A stretch of 64,000 bases of DNA from an uncultured Prevotella sp. (GCA_900770845.1 CAAGLS010000131.1:214-64213), one strand, 5' to 3'. Positions 8,071-18,037 are shown, counted from the stretch's first letter. Notes: generated from the letters alone by a model not told the origin. Numbers and translations: made by a program.

Positions 8071-9780
8071 ATGGATCAAAACAAAAAACTCATTGAGTGC
8101 GTTCCCAATTTCAGTGAGGGACGCGACATGCAGAAGATTAATTCCATCACGGAAGTCATCAAAGGCGTCAAGGGCGTGCGTCTGCTCGACGTAGACCCCG
8201 GTGAGGGCACCAACCGGACTGTGGTCACCTTCGTGGGTTCTCCTGAGGATGTCTGTGAGGCTGCGTTCAGGGCTGTCGCCCAAGCTGCAAAAGTTATCGA
8301 CATGCGCCAGCACCACGGTGCCCACCCCCGTATGGGAGCCACCGACGTGTTGCCGCTTGTTCCTGTGAGCGGTGTCACGTTGGAGGACTGCGCCGAGATG
8401 GCCCGAAAGCTTGGCGAGCGCATTGCCAAAGAGCTCCGCATTCCTTGCTACTGCTATGAGGCTGCCGCCTATACAGAGCCGCGCCACAATCTGGCCATTT
8501 GCCGCAAGGGCGAGTATGAGGGACTGCCCGACCGCATGACACAAAAGGAGGAGCAACCCGACTTCGGCGCCCGTCCCTGGGACGACGACTTGGCCCGCAC
8601 GGGCTGTACGGCTGTCGGCGCGCGCGACTTCCTCATCGCGGTCAACTTCAACCTGAACACCACTTCCACAAGGCGCGCCAATGCCATCGCCTTCGATGTG
8701 CGCGAGAAGGGCAGACCCATGCGCGAGGGTGGAAAACTTACTGGCAAGGTGTTGAAAGACGAGAATGGTGAACCCATCATGCAGCCGGGTACACTGAAGT
8801 CGACAAAGGCCATTGGCTGGTTTATCGACGAATACGGCATTGCCCAGGTGTCGATGAATATCACCAATATCAATGTCACGCCCCTGCATGTGGCTTTCGA
8901 CGAGGTGTGCCGAGCCGCTGCCGCCCGTGGCGTGAGAGTGACGGGTACGGAGATAGTAGGTCTCATCCCCAAGCGCGTGCTGACAGAGGCAGGACGCTAC
9001 TTCTTGGAGAAGCAGCAACGCTCAACGGGCATACCTGAGGAGGACATCGTCAAGATGGCCATCAAGTCGATGAGCCTCGACGACCTCAAGCCTTTCAATC
9101 CCCGCGAGAAAGTCATCGAGTATCTGCTTGAGGATGCCCACCCCGTCAAGCGGTTGGCCGACCTTACTGTAAAGGAGTTCGCCCAGGAGACTTCGCGCGA
9201 GAGTCCAGCCCCGGGTGGTGGAACGATTGCCGCCTGCATGGGTGCGTTGGGTGCCGCCTTGGGTACGATGGTGGCCAACCTGTCTGCCCACAAGCGCGGA
9301 TGGGACGATCGTTGGCAGGAGTTCAGCCAGTGGGCAGAGAAAGGCCAGGTGCTGGTCGACTCGTTGCTCCACCTCATCGATGAGGACACCGCAGCCTTCA
9401 ACCGCATCATGGATGCCTTTGGCATGCCCAAGGGGACTCCTGAGGAGAAGCTGGCTCGCTCCGAGGCCATCCAGGCTGCCACGCTCTACGCCTCGGAAGT
9501 GCCGTTGGATACCATGCGCGAGTCGTTCAAGGCTTTCGAGATTTGCCGTGCCATGGCCGAGATAGGCAATCCCAACAGCGTCTCCGATGCCGGCGTGGGC
9601 GCCCTCGCTGCCCGTGCCGCCGTTAGGGGAGCCTCTATGAACGTGAGGATTAATGCTTCCTCGCTCAAGGACAAGGCCACGGCACAACGCCTCATCGACG
9701 AGGCCAACGACATTGCAGCCAAGGCTGACGCTGAGGAGGCGGCCATCTCCGCTATCGTCGACGCCAAAATCAATGGGTAG
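8071..9780 (+). CDS. ftcD: Bifunctional glutamate formimidoyltransferase / formimidoyltetrahydrofolate cyclodeaminase (FtcD)
   Basis: 569 aa. N-terminal formiminotransferase region (MDQNKKLIECVPNFSEGRD...) followed by a C-terminal cyclodeaminase region. Sits with hutU/H/I. Confidence 0.85.
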   Translation: MDQNKKLIECVPNFSEGRDMQKINSITEVIKGVKGVRLLDVDPGEGTNRTVVTFVGSPEDVCEAAFRAVAQAAKVIDMRQHHGAHPRMGATDVLPLVPVSGVTLEDCAEMARKLGERIAKELRIPCYCYEAAAYTEPRHNLAICRKGEYEGLPDRMTQKEEQPDFGARPWDDDLARTGCTAVGARDFLIAVNFNLNTTSTRRANAIAFDVREKGRPMREGGKLTGKVLKDENGEPIMQPGTLKSTKAIGWFIDEYGIAQVSMNITNINVTPLHVAFDEVCRAAAARGVRVTGTEIVGLIPKRVLTEAGRYFLEKQQRSTGIPEEDIVKMAIKSMSLDDLKPFNPREKVIEYLLEDAHPVKRLADLTVKEFAQETSRESPAPGGGTIAACMGALGAALGTMVANLSAHKRGWDDRWQEFSQWAEKGQVLVDSLLHLIDEDTAAFNRIMDAFGMPKGTPEEKLARSEAIQAATLYASEVPLDTMRESFKAFEICRAMAEIGNPNSVSDAGVGALAARAAVRGASMNVRINASSLKDKATAQRLIDEANDIAAKADAEEAAISAIVDAKING

Positions 9781-9905
9781 AATTGCATAGAACCCGCTGC
9801 GCCTCCTCTTTTGGGGAGGAGGTGCGGCTCTATGCTTGCGACAAAGCTGGGGCTTTTGCATCCTAACCATACCTTATATATATATGAACCAATAACCAAC
9901 AGTCT

Positions 9906-11945
9906 ATGACAACAGAAGAATTTCAAGCTGAGATTAGAGCCGGAATCTCCGACTATCTGCCAGAACCACAAGAATACGACACGTCAATCAACCATGCTCC
10001 AAAGCGTAAGGACATACTGACCTACGAGGAGAAGAAACTTGCCTTGCGCAATGCCCTGCGCTACTTCCCCAAGAAGTTCCACGCCACGCTCGCTCCCGAG
10101 TTTGCAGAGGAACTCCACAAGTACGGCCGTATCTACATGTACCGTTACCGTCCACGCTATGAGATGAAGGCACGTCCTATCAGCGAGTACCCGCACCGCT
10201 CGGAGCAGGCCGCTGCCATCATGCTTATGATTCAGAACAATCTCGACCCGCGTGTGGCGCAACATCCTCATGAGCTGATCATATATGGCGGCAACGGAGC
10301 CATCTTCCAGAACTGGGCTCAGTATCGCCTCGTGATGAAATACTTGAGCGAGATGACCGATGAACAGACGCTCGTGATGTATTCGGGTCATCCCTTAGGC
10401 CTCTTCCCGTCGCATAAGCGTGCGCCGAGAGTGGTGGTCACTAACGGTATGGTCATTCCCAACTACTCAAAACCCGACGACTGGGAGCGCGACAATGCCT
10501 TGGGTGTGAGCCAGTATGGCCAGATGACGGCCGGCTCTTATATGTATATTGGTCCGCAGGGCATCGTCCACGGCACCACCATCACGGTGTTGAATGCCGC
10601 TCGTAGAGTGATGCACGACCCCGACCGCCATGTCAAGAACCAGATTCCTTTGTTTGTTTCTTCTGGTCTTGGTGGCATGAGTGGCGCACAGCCCAAAGCC
10701 GGCAACATAGCAAAGGTGGTGAGTGTGGTGGCCGAAATCAATCCAAAGGCCGTGCAGAAGCGCTACGAGCAGGGATGGGTGGACGAAATCCACGACAACC
10801 TTGACGAGCTGATGAAGTCCATACGCACAGCTTTGGCCGACAAACGCGTGGTGTCGATGGCTTATCAAGGCAATATTGTCGACCTTTGGGAGCGTCTTGC
10901 CAAGGAGGATATTGAGGTGAACCTTGGCTCCGACCAGACTTCGCTCCACAATCCGTGGGCTGGCGGCTACTATCCCGTAGGCTTGTCGCTTGAGGAGAGC
11001 AAGAAGATGATGGCCGATGACCCCGACGAGTTCAAGAAGCGCGTGGAGGCTTCCTTGCGTCGGCAGGTGGCTGCCATCAATCAGCTCACCCAGCGTGGCA
11101 TGTACTTCTTCGACTATGGCAACGCCTTCTTGTTGCAGTCGTCGCGTGCCGGTGCCGACATCCTGTTGCCTGACGGCAAGTTCCGCTATCCGTCATACGT
11201 GCAGGACATCATGGGACCGATGTTCTTCGACTACGGCTTCGGACCATTCCGCTGGGTCTGTACATCGTGCGACCCCGACGACCTCGCCCTCACCGACAAG
11301 CTGGCCGAGCAAGTACTCACCGAGGAGCGCCAGCATGCCACCGAGGACATACAGCACCAGCTCGACGACAACATCCACTGGATTCGCGAGGCTGGCAAGA
11401 ACCACCTTGTCGTTGGCTCGCAGGCACGCATCCTCTATGCCGACTGCGAGGGCCGTACCAAGATAGCATTGGCTTTCAACGAGGCTGTGAGAGACGGCCG
11501 GCTGAAGGCTCCTGTGGTGTTGGGACGCGACCATCACGACGTGAGCGGAACCGACTCTCCTTTCCGCGAGACCAGCAACATCTACGACGGCTCGCAGTTC
11601 TGTGCCGATATGGCAGTACAGAACGTCATCGGCGACTCGTTCCGCGGAGCCACCTGGGTGAGTCTCCACAATGGCGGAGGCGTTGGCTGGGGCGAAGTGG
11701 TCAACGGTGGCTTCGGAATGGTGGTCGACGGCTCTGAGCAGAGCGACGACAATATCAAGGAGATGCTCTTCTGGGATGTCAACAACGGAATCGCACGTCG
11801 CTCTTGGGCACGCAACACGGGTTCGATGGATGCCATCAAGCGTGAGATGGAGCGCAGGCCCGACCTGACGGTCACAATGCCCCATCTGGCCGACGACGAC
11901 ATCATCAACAGCAGCATCGACAGAATAGCCTCTTCCGAGAACTGA
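9906..11945 (+). CDS. hutU: Urocanate hydratase (urocanase)
   Basis: 679 aa with urocanase signatures (…GPQGIVHGT…, NAD-binding region). hut operon context. Confidence 0.9.
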   Translation: MTTEEFQAEIRAGISDYLPEPQEYDTSINHAPKRKDILTYEEKKLALRNALRYFPKKFHATLAPEFAEELHKYGRIYMYRYRPRYEMKARPISEYPHRSEQAAAIMLMIQNNLDPRVAQHPHELIIYGGNGAIFQNWAQYRLVMKYLSEMTDEQTLVMYSGHPLGLFPSHKRAPRVVVTNGMVIPNYSKPDDWERDNALGVSQYGQMTAGSYMYIGPQGIVHGTTITVLNAARRVMHDPDRHVKNQIPLFVSSGLGGMSGAQPKAGNIAKVVSVVAEINPKAVQKRYEQGWVDEIHDNLDELMKSIRTALADKRVVSMAYQGNIVDLWERLAKEDIEVNLGSDQTSLHNPWAGGYYPVGLSLEESKKMMADDPDEFKKRVEASLRRQVAAINQLTQRGMYFFDYGNAFLLQSSRAGADILLPDGKFRYPSYVQDIMGPMFFDYGFGPFRWVCTSCDPDDLALTDKLAEQVLTEERQHATEDIQHQLDDNIHWIREAGKNHLVVGSQARILYADCEGRTKIALAFNEAVRDGRLKAPVVLGRDHHDVSGTDSPFRETSNIYDGSQFCADMAVQNVIGDSFRGATWVSLHNGGGVGWGEVVNGGFGMVVDGSEQSDDNIKEMLFWDVNNGIARRSWARNTGSMDAIKREMERRPDLTVTMPHLADDDIINSSIDRIASSEN

Positions 11946-12148
11946 CCGTAGACGGCAAGCCGTAGCTTGGCCCGTCGGAAGAAGGCCGCGGGAAAATATT
12001 AACTTCAAACAAATCAATCACACAACAAACAAAGTCCCATCCTTGGCAATCGCTTGGCCATCTCGACTCTGACATCGCACTATGCAGATTTGGTATTCCT
12101 ATTGTCGTTGGACAACGAATGCCGGGTGGGACTATTATTTCCATTACT

Positions 12149-13642
12149 ATGAACATACATGAAATCAGTGCAGGCCACCTGACCCTCGATACTGTGTGGG
12201 AAATCCTGCGTGGCAACTACAAACTCAAGTTGGGCGAAGATGCCATCCGCCGCATCACCAGATGCCGTGAGTATCTCGACAAGAAAATCGCCTCGTCGAA
12301 GACTCCCATCTATGGCGTGACCACAGGTTTTGGCTCGCTCTGCAATATCTCCATCAGCGACGACCAACTGTCACAGCTTCAGATCAACCTGATGATGAGC
12401 CATGCCTGCGGAATCGGCGAGCGTGTGCCCAACGAGATTGTCAAACTGATGATTCTCTTGAAGATTCAGTCTCTGTCCTACGGTTATTCCGGCTGTAAGC
12501 TCGACACAGTGCAGCGTTTGGTGGACTTCTTCAACAATGAGATTTACCCCATCGTGTATATGCAAGGTTCTGTGGGCAGTTCCGGCGATTTGGTTCCTCT
12601 GGCCCACCTATGTCTGCCCATCGTGGGTTTGGGCGAGGTGGAGTATCAAGGCAAGCGCATGAGCGGTGCCGAGGTGACGCAGCTGATGGGCTGGGAGCCT
12701 GTGAAGCTCGCATCAAAAGAAGGACTGGCACTGCTCAACGGTACCCAAAACATGGCTGCTTTCTGCTGTTGGTCCATCATCCAGGCCACGAAGCTCAGCA
12801 ACTGGGCTGACTATATCGCCTCTATGTCGATTGATGCCTATGGCGGTCGCATAGACCCGTTCCTGCGGCCCGTGCATTTGGTGCGTCCTCACCAGGGACA
12901 GCTCGATACGGCTGAACACATCTCGAAGATTCTTGAGGGCAGCGAGCTGATTCGGCAGCCCAAGAAATACGTGCAGGATCCTTACTCGTTCCGCTGCATC
13001 CCGCAGGTGCATGGCTCGGTGAAAGACACCGTGCGCTATGTGCAGAATGTGACCGATATAGAAATCAATGCCGCCACCGACAATCCTACAGTGTGTCCCG
13101 ACGATGACCTCATCATCTCGGCGGGTAATTTCCATGGAGAGCCGATTGCCCTCCCTATGGACTTCTTAGCCATCGCCATGTCTGAGTTGGCCAATATCTC
13201 TGAGCGCCGAATCTACAAGCTTGTTTCCGGCACTCGTGGACTGCCCAGTTTCCTCGTGGCCAATCCTGGAGTGAACAGTGGCTTTATGATAACGCAGTAT
13301 ACGGCTGCCAGCATCGTAAGCCAGAGCAAGACGCTCTGCATGCCGTCTTCTGTAGACAGCATACCTACATCACAGGGTCAGGAGGACCACGTGAGCATGG
13401 GTGCCAATGCGGGAACCAAGCTCTATCGCGTCGTTCTCAACACTGAGCGTGTCCTTGCCATCGAACTCTTCAATGCCGCACAGGCTCTGGAGTTCCGCCG
13501 TCCGCTGAAGTCGTCGCCCGCTGTGGAACGCATTTTCAACGACTATCGCAAGGTTGTGCCGTTTATCGACAAGGATGTCGTGATGTATCCCTACATCGCC
13601 AAGTCGGTCGAATTCCTGCGTACGGAAAAGTTGGACTCATAA
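12149..13642 (+). CDS. hutH: Histidine ammonia-lyase
   Basis: ORF 12119..13642, start moved to MNIHEISAG. Carries the MIO-forming loop region, but as GSVGSSGDLVPLAHL (Ser-Ser-Gly) rather than the canonical Ala-Ser-Gly. Confidence 0.85.
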   Translation: MNIHEISAGHLTLDTVWEILRGNYKLKLGEDAIRRITRCREYLDKKIASSKTPIYGVTTGFGSLCNISISDDQLSQLQINLMMSHACGIGERVPNEIVKLMILLKIQSLSYGYSGCKLDTVQRLVDFFNNEIYPIVYMQGSVGSSGDLVPLAHLCLPIVGLGEVEYQGKRMSGAEVTQLMGWEPVKLASKEGLALLNGTQNMAAFCCWSIIQATKLSNWADYIASMSIDAYGGRIDPFLRPVHLVRPHQGQLDTAEHISKILEGSELIRQPKKYVQDPYSFRCIPQVHGSVKDTVRYVQNVTDIEINAATDNPTVCPDDDLIISAGNFHGEPIALPMDFLAIAMSELANISERRIYKLVSGTRGLPSFLVANPGVNSGFMITQYTAASIVSQSKTLCMPSSVDSIPTSQGQEDHVSMGANAGTKLYRVVLNTERVLAIELFNAAQALEFRRPLKSSPAVERIFNDYRKVVPFIDKDVVMYPYIAKSVEFLRTEKLDS

Positions 13643-13669
13643 ACTTTTTTTGTTAAACCCATCACTACA

Positions 13670-13755
13670 GCCCGTTCCCAGTAAGGTTTGGCCTATTCCA
13701 GACAAGGCCTTCTGCCCCTCTCCTTAGAGTGGGGACTGGGAGTGGGCTTTTCTTT
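13670..13755 (+). terminator. Compound hairpin with a trailing T-run, lying between hutH and hutI. Possible intra-operon terminator or attenuator.
   Basis: Outer stem GCCCGTTCCCAGT ... ACTGGGAGTGGGC followed by TTTTC. Inner stem GGCCT-N10-AGGCC. Confidence 0.35.
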
Positions 13756-13760
13756 ATATT

Positions 13761-14984
13761 ATGCGAAGAATCATCTATAACATCAAGACAATCTTTGGCA
13801 TACGACCTAAAGATTGTTTGCGGCTGAATGGCGGGGAGATGAGCAGTCCTTTCTCACTCGACAATGCATGGCTGGTTTCGCGCGATGGCATCATAGAGGG
13901 TTTCGGTGCGATGGACGCCTGTCCGCGCGAGGAGACTTTCGACGAGAGCGTTGACGCCAAGGGAGGCATGCTGCTTCCAGCGTTTTGCGACAGTCATACA
14001 CATTTGGTTTACGCAGGGCAGCGTGAGCAGGAGTGGGTGGACAAGATTCGTGGACTGAGCTACGCCGAAGTCGCCCGGCGGGGTGGAGGAATCCTCAATT
14101 CCGCCGACTTGCTTCATCTCACATCTGAGGACGAACTCTACTCCCAAGCTATGGAGCGTGTAGAGGAGATAGAGGCCAAAGGAACGGGATGTGTGGAAAT
14201 CAAGAGTGGCTACGGACTCAACACGGATGACGAGTTGAAGATGCTCCGCGTTATCAAGCGTGTCAGCGAGTCGGCTCCCATCAAGGTTGTCTCCACCTTT
14301 CTCGGTGCCCACGCCGTGTCGCGCAAGTATTTGGGCCGGCAGGCAGAGTATGTCGACATGCTCATACGTGAGATGCTGCCCGAGGTGGGACGTGAGCGTC
14401 TGGCAGACTTCGTTGACGTGTTCTGCGATGAGGGCTTCTTCACTCCCGAGGAGATGGACCGCATACTCGATGCCGCCGCCAAATATGGGATGAGGCCTAA
14501 GGTGCATGTCGACGAGCTTGCAGACGGTGAAGGATTGCGTGTTGCTGTCAACCGCCATGCCTTGTCGGTCGACCACTTGGAGAGCATGCCTGAGAGCGAC
14601 ATTCCTATGTTGAAAGCTTCGGCCACAATGCCTACGGCTCTCCCAGGCACCTCTTTCTTCTCCAACATGCCCTACGCCAAATGCCGCAGCATGATTGACG
14701 CGGGGTTGGGTGTGGCCTTGGCCAGCGACTACAATCCTGGTTCCACACCCTCGGGCGACATGAAGTTTGTGATGTCGCTGGCTTGCATGAAGATGAGACT
14801 GTTGCCCGAGGAGGCTCTCAATGCGGTGACCATCAATGGCGCTTACGCCATGGGATTGAGTCGCGATTATGGCAGCATCACCATTGGGCGCAAGGCCAGT
14901 CTCATCCTGACCAAGCCTGTTCCGTCGCTGGCTTACTTGCCCTACGCCTATACCACCAATTGTCTGCGCCAGTGTTTCCACTAA
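13761..14984 (+). CDS. hutI: Imidazolonepropionase
   Basis: 407 aa, amidohydrolase fold with CDSHTHLVYAG and other HutI motifs. The exact start is uncertain. Confidence 0.85.
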   Translation: MRRIIYNIKTIFGIRPKDCLRLNGGEMSSPFSLDNAWLVSRDGIIEGFGAMDACPREETFDESVDAKGGMLLPAFCDSHTHLVYAGQREQEWVDKIRGLSYAEVARRGGGILNSADLLHLTSEDELYSQAMERVEEIEAKGTGCVEIKSGYGLNTDDELKMLRVIKRVSESAPIKVVSTFLGAHAVSRKYLGRQAEYVDMLIREMLPEVGRERLADFVDVFCDEGFFTPEEMDRILDAAAKYGMRPKVHVDELADGEGLRVAVNRHALSVDHLESMPESDIPMLKASATMPTALPGTSFFSNMPYAKCRSMIDAGLGVALASDYNPGSTPSGDMKFVMSLACMKMRLLPEEALNAVTINGAYAMGLSRDYGSITIGRKASLILTKPVPSLAYLPYAYTTNCLRQCFH

Positions 14985-15146
14985 AGCGCGTGCAAGGTGT
15001 TGGGGCTATTCGTCAGACGTCAGACGCACGGTACATGATGGGGCAACGCACGGGATATGACGGAGACCAACATCAGACTGTGCTGGAAAGCGAATTGGAC
15101 GACATGAATAGAATTTGAGGGGCAGAATGGAAGCGTTCCCTCAGCC

Positions 15147-15180
15147 GAAAAACAATAAAAGGCCGGCAGCTGATGAGCTA
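15147..15180. terminator. Bidirectional intrinsic terminator between the convergent hutI and BCCP genes
   Basis: AAAAGGCCGG-N14-CCGGCCTTTT, a perfect 10-bp GC-rich stem flanked by A/T runs on both sides. Confidence 0.7.
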
Positions 15181-15209
15181 CCGGCCTTTTGGCTAATATG
15201 CATAGGTGT

Positions 15210-15644
15210 CTATTCCACCACCACAAGCGGGTCCTCTTCCATGACGGCCTGGCCCACCTTCACGCAGATGGCGGTCACCTTGCCGTCTTTCTCGGCTTCA
15301 ATGTTGTTTGCCATCTTCATGGCTTCAAGCACCACGAGGGTGTCGCCGGCCTTCACTTCCTGTCCCACTTCCACATTGATTCCTGTTATGGTTCCAGGCA
15401 GAGGAGCCTTCACGGCATTCTGCGTGTTGACACCTGCGGCTGGAGCTGCCTGCTCTTCATCAGAGGCTGCTTGAGAGGGCTTGCCGAGAACCACTTTCTT
15501 CTTCTCCTGCTCAGTCGGCTTCTCCATACCCACCTCGAAGCTCTCACCGTTGACTTTCACCTCTGCGGTGTAGGTGTCTTCATTTATTTCTCCAATCTCG
15601 ACTTTGTATTCCTTACCGTCGATTGTATATTTGAATTCTTTCAT
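15210..15644 (-). CDS. Biotin carboxyl carrier protein subunit (biotin/lipoyl attachment domain) of a methylmalonyl-CoA/oxaloacetate decarboxylase-type complex
   Basis: ORF 15210..15800, start moved to MKEFKYTIDG. C-terminal EAMKM biotinylation motif. Confidence 0.8.
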   Translation of the reverse strand: MKEFKYTIDGKEYKVEIGEINEDTYTAEVKVNGESFEVGMEKPTEQEKKKVVLGKPSQAASDEEQAAPAAGVNTQNAVKAPLPGTITGINVEVGQEVKAGDTLVVLEAMKMANNIEAEKDGKVTAICVKVGQAVMEEDPLVVVE

Positions 15645-15666
15645 TTTGGATGTTGCTTGTTTTGAA

Positions 15667-15816
15667 TTAGGGCTTGGCTGTGAACGAGAGGAACTTCGCA
15701 TCCCACATTGTCTGCTTGGGCTTGATGGTGATGATGCCACTTTCCTTCTCGTGGACGTTGTTGCCTTGGTATTCGTAGAGCGCCATTGCGATGGCAGCAA
15801 AAATGTTCTTGTCCAT
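15667..15816 (-). CDS. Small hypothetical subunit-like protein between the carboxyltransferase and BCCP genes (possibly the gamma/delta-type small subunit)
   Basis: About 49-61 aa ORF (…MDKNIFAAIAMALYEYQG…). The start is ambiguous and it overlaps the 3' end of the upstream gene by 16-20 nt. Function not established. Confidence 0.35.
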   Translation of the reverse strand: MDKNIFAAIAMALYEYQGNNVHEKESGIITIKPKQTMWDAKFLSFTAKP

Positions 15817-15836
15817 GATTCTGGGAATTTTTGGAA

Positions 15837-17402
15837 TTACATCGGCATGCACCCGTGTTTCTTTGCGGGGAGTGTCATGCGCTTGTGGGCCAGCTGGGCC
15901 AGACCGCGGCAGATGCGGAAGCGCGTGTTGCGCGGTTCAATGACATCGTCGATATAGCCGAACTGGGCAGCCTGATAAGGATTGGCAAACGTCTCGGTGT
16001 ACTCCTCTTCCTTCTCGGCGAGGAACTGGCCGACGTCGCCGCCCTCTTCCTTCACCTTCTTGGCTTCCTTGCCGCAAAGGATGGCCACAGCCCCCGAGGC
16101 GCCCATCACGGCAATCTCGGCCGTGGGCCATGCGTAGTTGAGGTCGTTGCGGAGCTGCTTGCAGCCCATTACAATATGGGAGCCGCCATAGCTCTTGCGC
16201 AGTGTTACGGTAATCTTGGGCACAGTGGCCTCACCGTAGGCGTAGAGCAGCTGCGCACCGTGGAGGATGACAGCATTGTATTCCTGTCCGGTTCCAGGAA
16301 GGAATCCAGGCACGTCGACCAAAGAGACAATGGGAATGTTGAAAGCATCGCAGAAGCGCACGAAGCGTGCGCCCTTGCGAGAGGCATTCACATCGAGCAC
16401 GCCGGCGTAGGCTGAGGGCTGGTTGGCGACAATGCCGACACTCTGGCCGTTGAAGCGGGCGAAGCCTGTGATGATGTTTTTGGCAAACTTGGGCTGCACC
16501 TCGAAGAACTCTCCATTGTCGGTGATGGCCGTGATGACCTTGTACATGTCGTATGCCTTGTTGGGGTCGTCGGGCAGAATGTCGTTGAGAGAATCCTCCG
16601 TGCGGCTGATGGGGTCGGTGCACTCCACGCGAGGAGCCTCCTCCGCGTTGTTCGACGGCAGATAGCTGAGGAGCGTCTTCAGCATTTCCATGCATTCCTC
16701 CTCGGTCTTGTCCGTGAAGCTTGTCACACCGCTCTTGCTGGCATGCACGCTGGCTCCGCCCAAATGCTCAGAGTCGATGTCCTCACCCGTGACGGTCTTC
16801 ACCACCTTGGGGCCTGTGAGGAACATGTAGCTCGTTCCCTCAGTCATGAAGATGAAGTCGGTTAGGGCTGGAGAGTAGACAGCGCCACCCGCGCAGGGAC
16901 CCATGATGCAGGAAATCTGCGGCACGACGCCTGAGGCCAAGATATTGCGCTCGAAAATCTCACCGTAGCCAGCGAGGGCGGAAATGCCTTCCTGAATACG
17001 AGCACCACCAGAATCGTTCATGCCGATGACAGGCGCGCCGTTGGCCATGGCCATATCCATCACCTTGCAGATTTTCTGACTCATGGTTTCGGAAAGAGAG
17101 CCGCCGTTGACAGTGAAGTCCTGCGCATAGACATAGACGAGGCGACCGTCGATGGTGGCAGAGCCGGCCACAACGCCATCGCCCAAGAACTGCTTCTTCT
17201 CCATGCCGAAATTATGGCAGCGGTGAAGCTTGAACATGTCATACTCCTCGAACGAGCCTTTGTCGACGAGCATCTCTATGCGTTCACGGGCTGTGTATTT
17301 GCCACGGGCATGCTGCTTTTCGATGGCTTTCTCCCCGCCACCGAGGCGTGCCTGCTCGCGCTTGGCGAGAAGCTCCTTAATCTTTTCTGTTTGTTTGCTC
17401 AT
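15837..17402 (-). CDS. Methylmalonyl-CoA carboxyltransferase / acyl-CoA carboxylase beta-type subunit (MmdA-like)
   Basis: 521 aa. Carboxyltransferase N- and C-domains with strong similarity to propionyl-CoA carboxylase beta / MmdA. Confidence 0.85.
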   Translation of the reverse strand: MSKQTEKIKELLAKREQARLGGGEKAIEKQHARGKYTARERIEMLVDKGSFEEYDMFKLHRCHNFGMEKKQFLGDGVVAGSATIDGRLVYVYAQDFTVNGGSLSETMSQKICKVMDMAMANGAPVIGMNDSGGARIQEGISALAGYGEIFERNILASGVVPQISCIMGPCAGGAVYSPALTDFIFMTEGTSYMFLTGPKVVKTVTGEDIDSEHLGGASVHASKSGVTSFTDKTEEECMEMLKTLLSYLPSNNAEEAPRVECTDPISRTEDSLNDILPDDPNKAYDMYKVITAITDNGEFFEVQPKFAKNIITGFARFNGQSVGIVANQPSAYAGVLDVNASRKGARFVRFCDAFNIPIVSLVDVPGFLPGTGQEYNAVILHGAQLLYAYGEATVPKITVTLRKSYGGSHIVMGCKQLRNDLNYAWPTAEIAVMGASGAVAILCGKEAKKVKEEGGDVGQFLAEKEEEYTETFANPYQAAQFGYIDDVIEPRNTRFRICRGLAQLAHKRMTLPAKKHGCMPM

Positions 17403-17480
17403 AATTTATAGCTGTTGTTTGATTTTTCGTGCAAAATTACTGTTTTTTATCGACATAGCGAAAAGATGGGGACATTAATG

Positions 17481-17954
17481 TTACCATCTTCTGCTTTTCA
17501 CCTGCGCGTCGGCTTTCTCCCAGTTGGTGTCGAGCGAGAACTGTGTGATATAGTTGGCGTTGTTGTAATAGCTCCACACCAGATCCTTGTCAGAATCGTT
17601 GAACCATGGGTTGTTGATGCTGGCATTGCGGTAGACGGCGATGACCTCGTCCTTTTGGCTGGTCTTGGTGGCCTTTGCCAAGCGCTGCGTGAAGGTGTCG
17701 ATGAAGTCGTAGAGCGCGTAGGCCTGGCGGTCGAGCATGTTCATGCTGCTGTCGGGCATCACCTCGCTGGCTTTCATGGCCATGTATTCCAGGGCGTCCA
17801 CTTTGAACGTGGCAATCTTGCGGGTCTCGACATCGAGCTGCGTGCTGTCGGCAATCTTCTTCGAGAGTCGGTAAACCTCTTTGTATACCTGCTGTGCGTT
17901 GGCGCTCAAGGTGGCGAGGCAGAGCATCAGCAATGCAATCATTGTCTTTTTCAT
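17481..17954 (-). CDS. Secreted hypothetical protein
   Basis: ORF 17481..18002, start moved to MKKTMIALLMLCLATLSANAQ (signal peptide). No recognisable domain. Confidence 0.5.
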   Translation of the reverse strand: MKKTMIALLMLCLATLSANAQQVYKEVYRLSKKIADSTQLDVETRKIATFKVDALEYMAMKASEVMPDSSMNMLDRQAYALYDFIDTFTQRLAKATKTSQKDEVIAVYRNASINNPWFNDSDKDLVWSYYNNANYITQFSLDTNWEKADAQVKSRRW

Positions 17955-18037
17955 ATCTTTTTTCTTGTTTGAATGGTTAGGATATAACGTTTGACTTGGC
18001 AATAAAGATACACAGCGGCCACAACTTTTAAGATTTA

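Noticed and set aside
15645-15800. N-terminal 52-aa extension of the BCCP ORF (track ORF 15210..15800)
   Set aside because: The extension is Ser/Thr/Arg-rich low-complexity sequence and overlaps the small upstream ORF. BCCP homologs start at MKEFKY…
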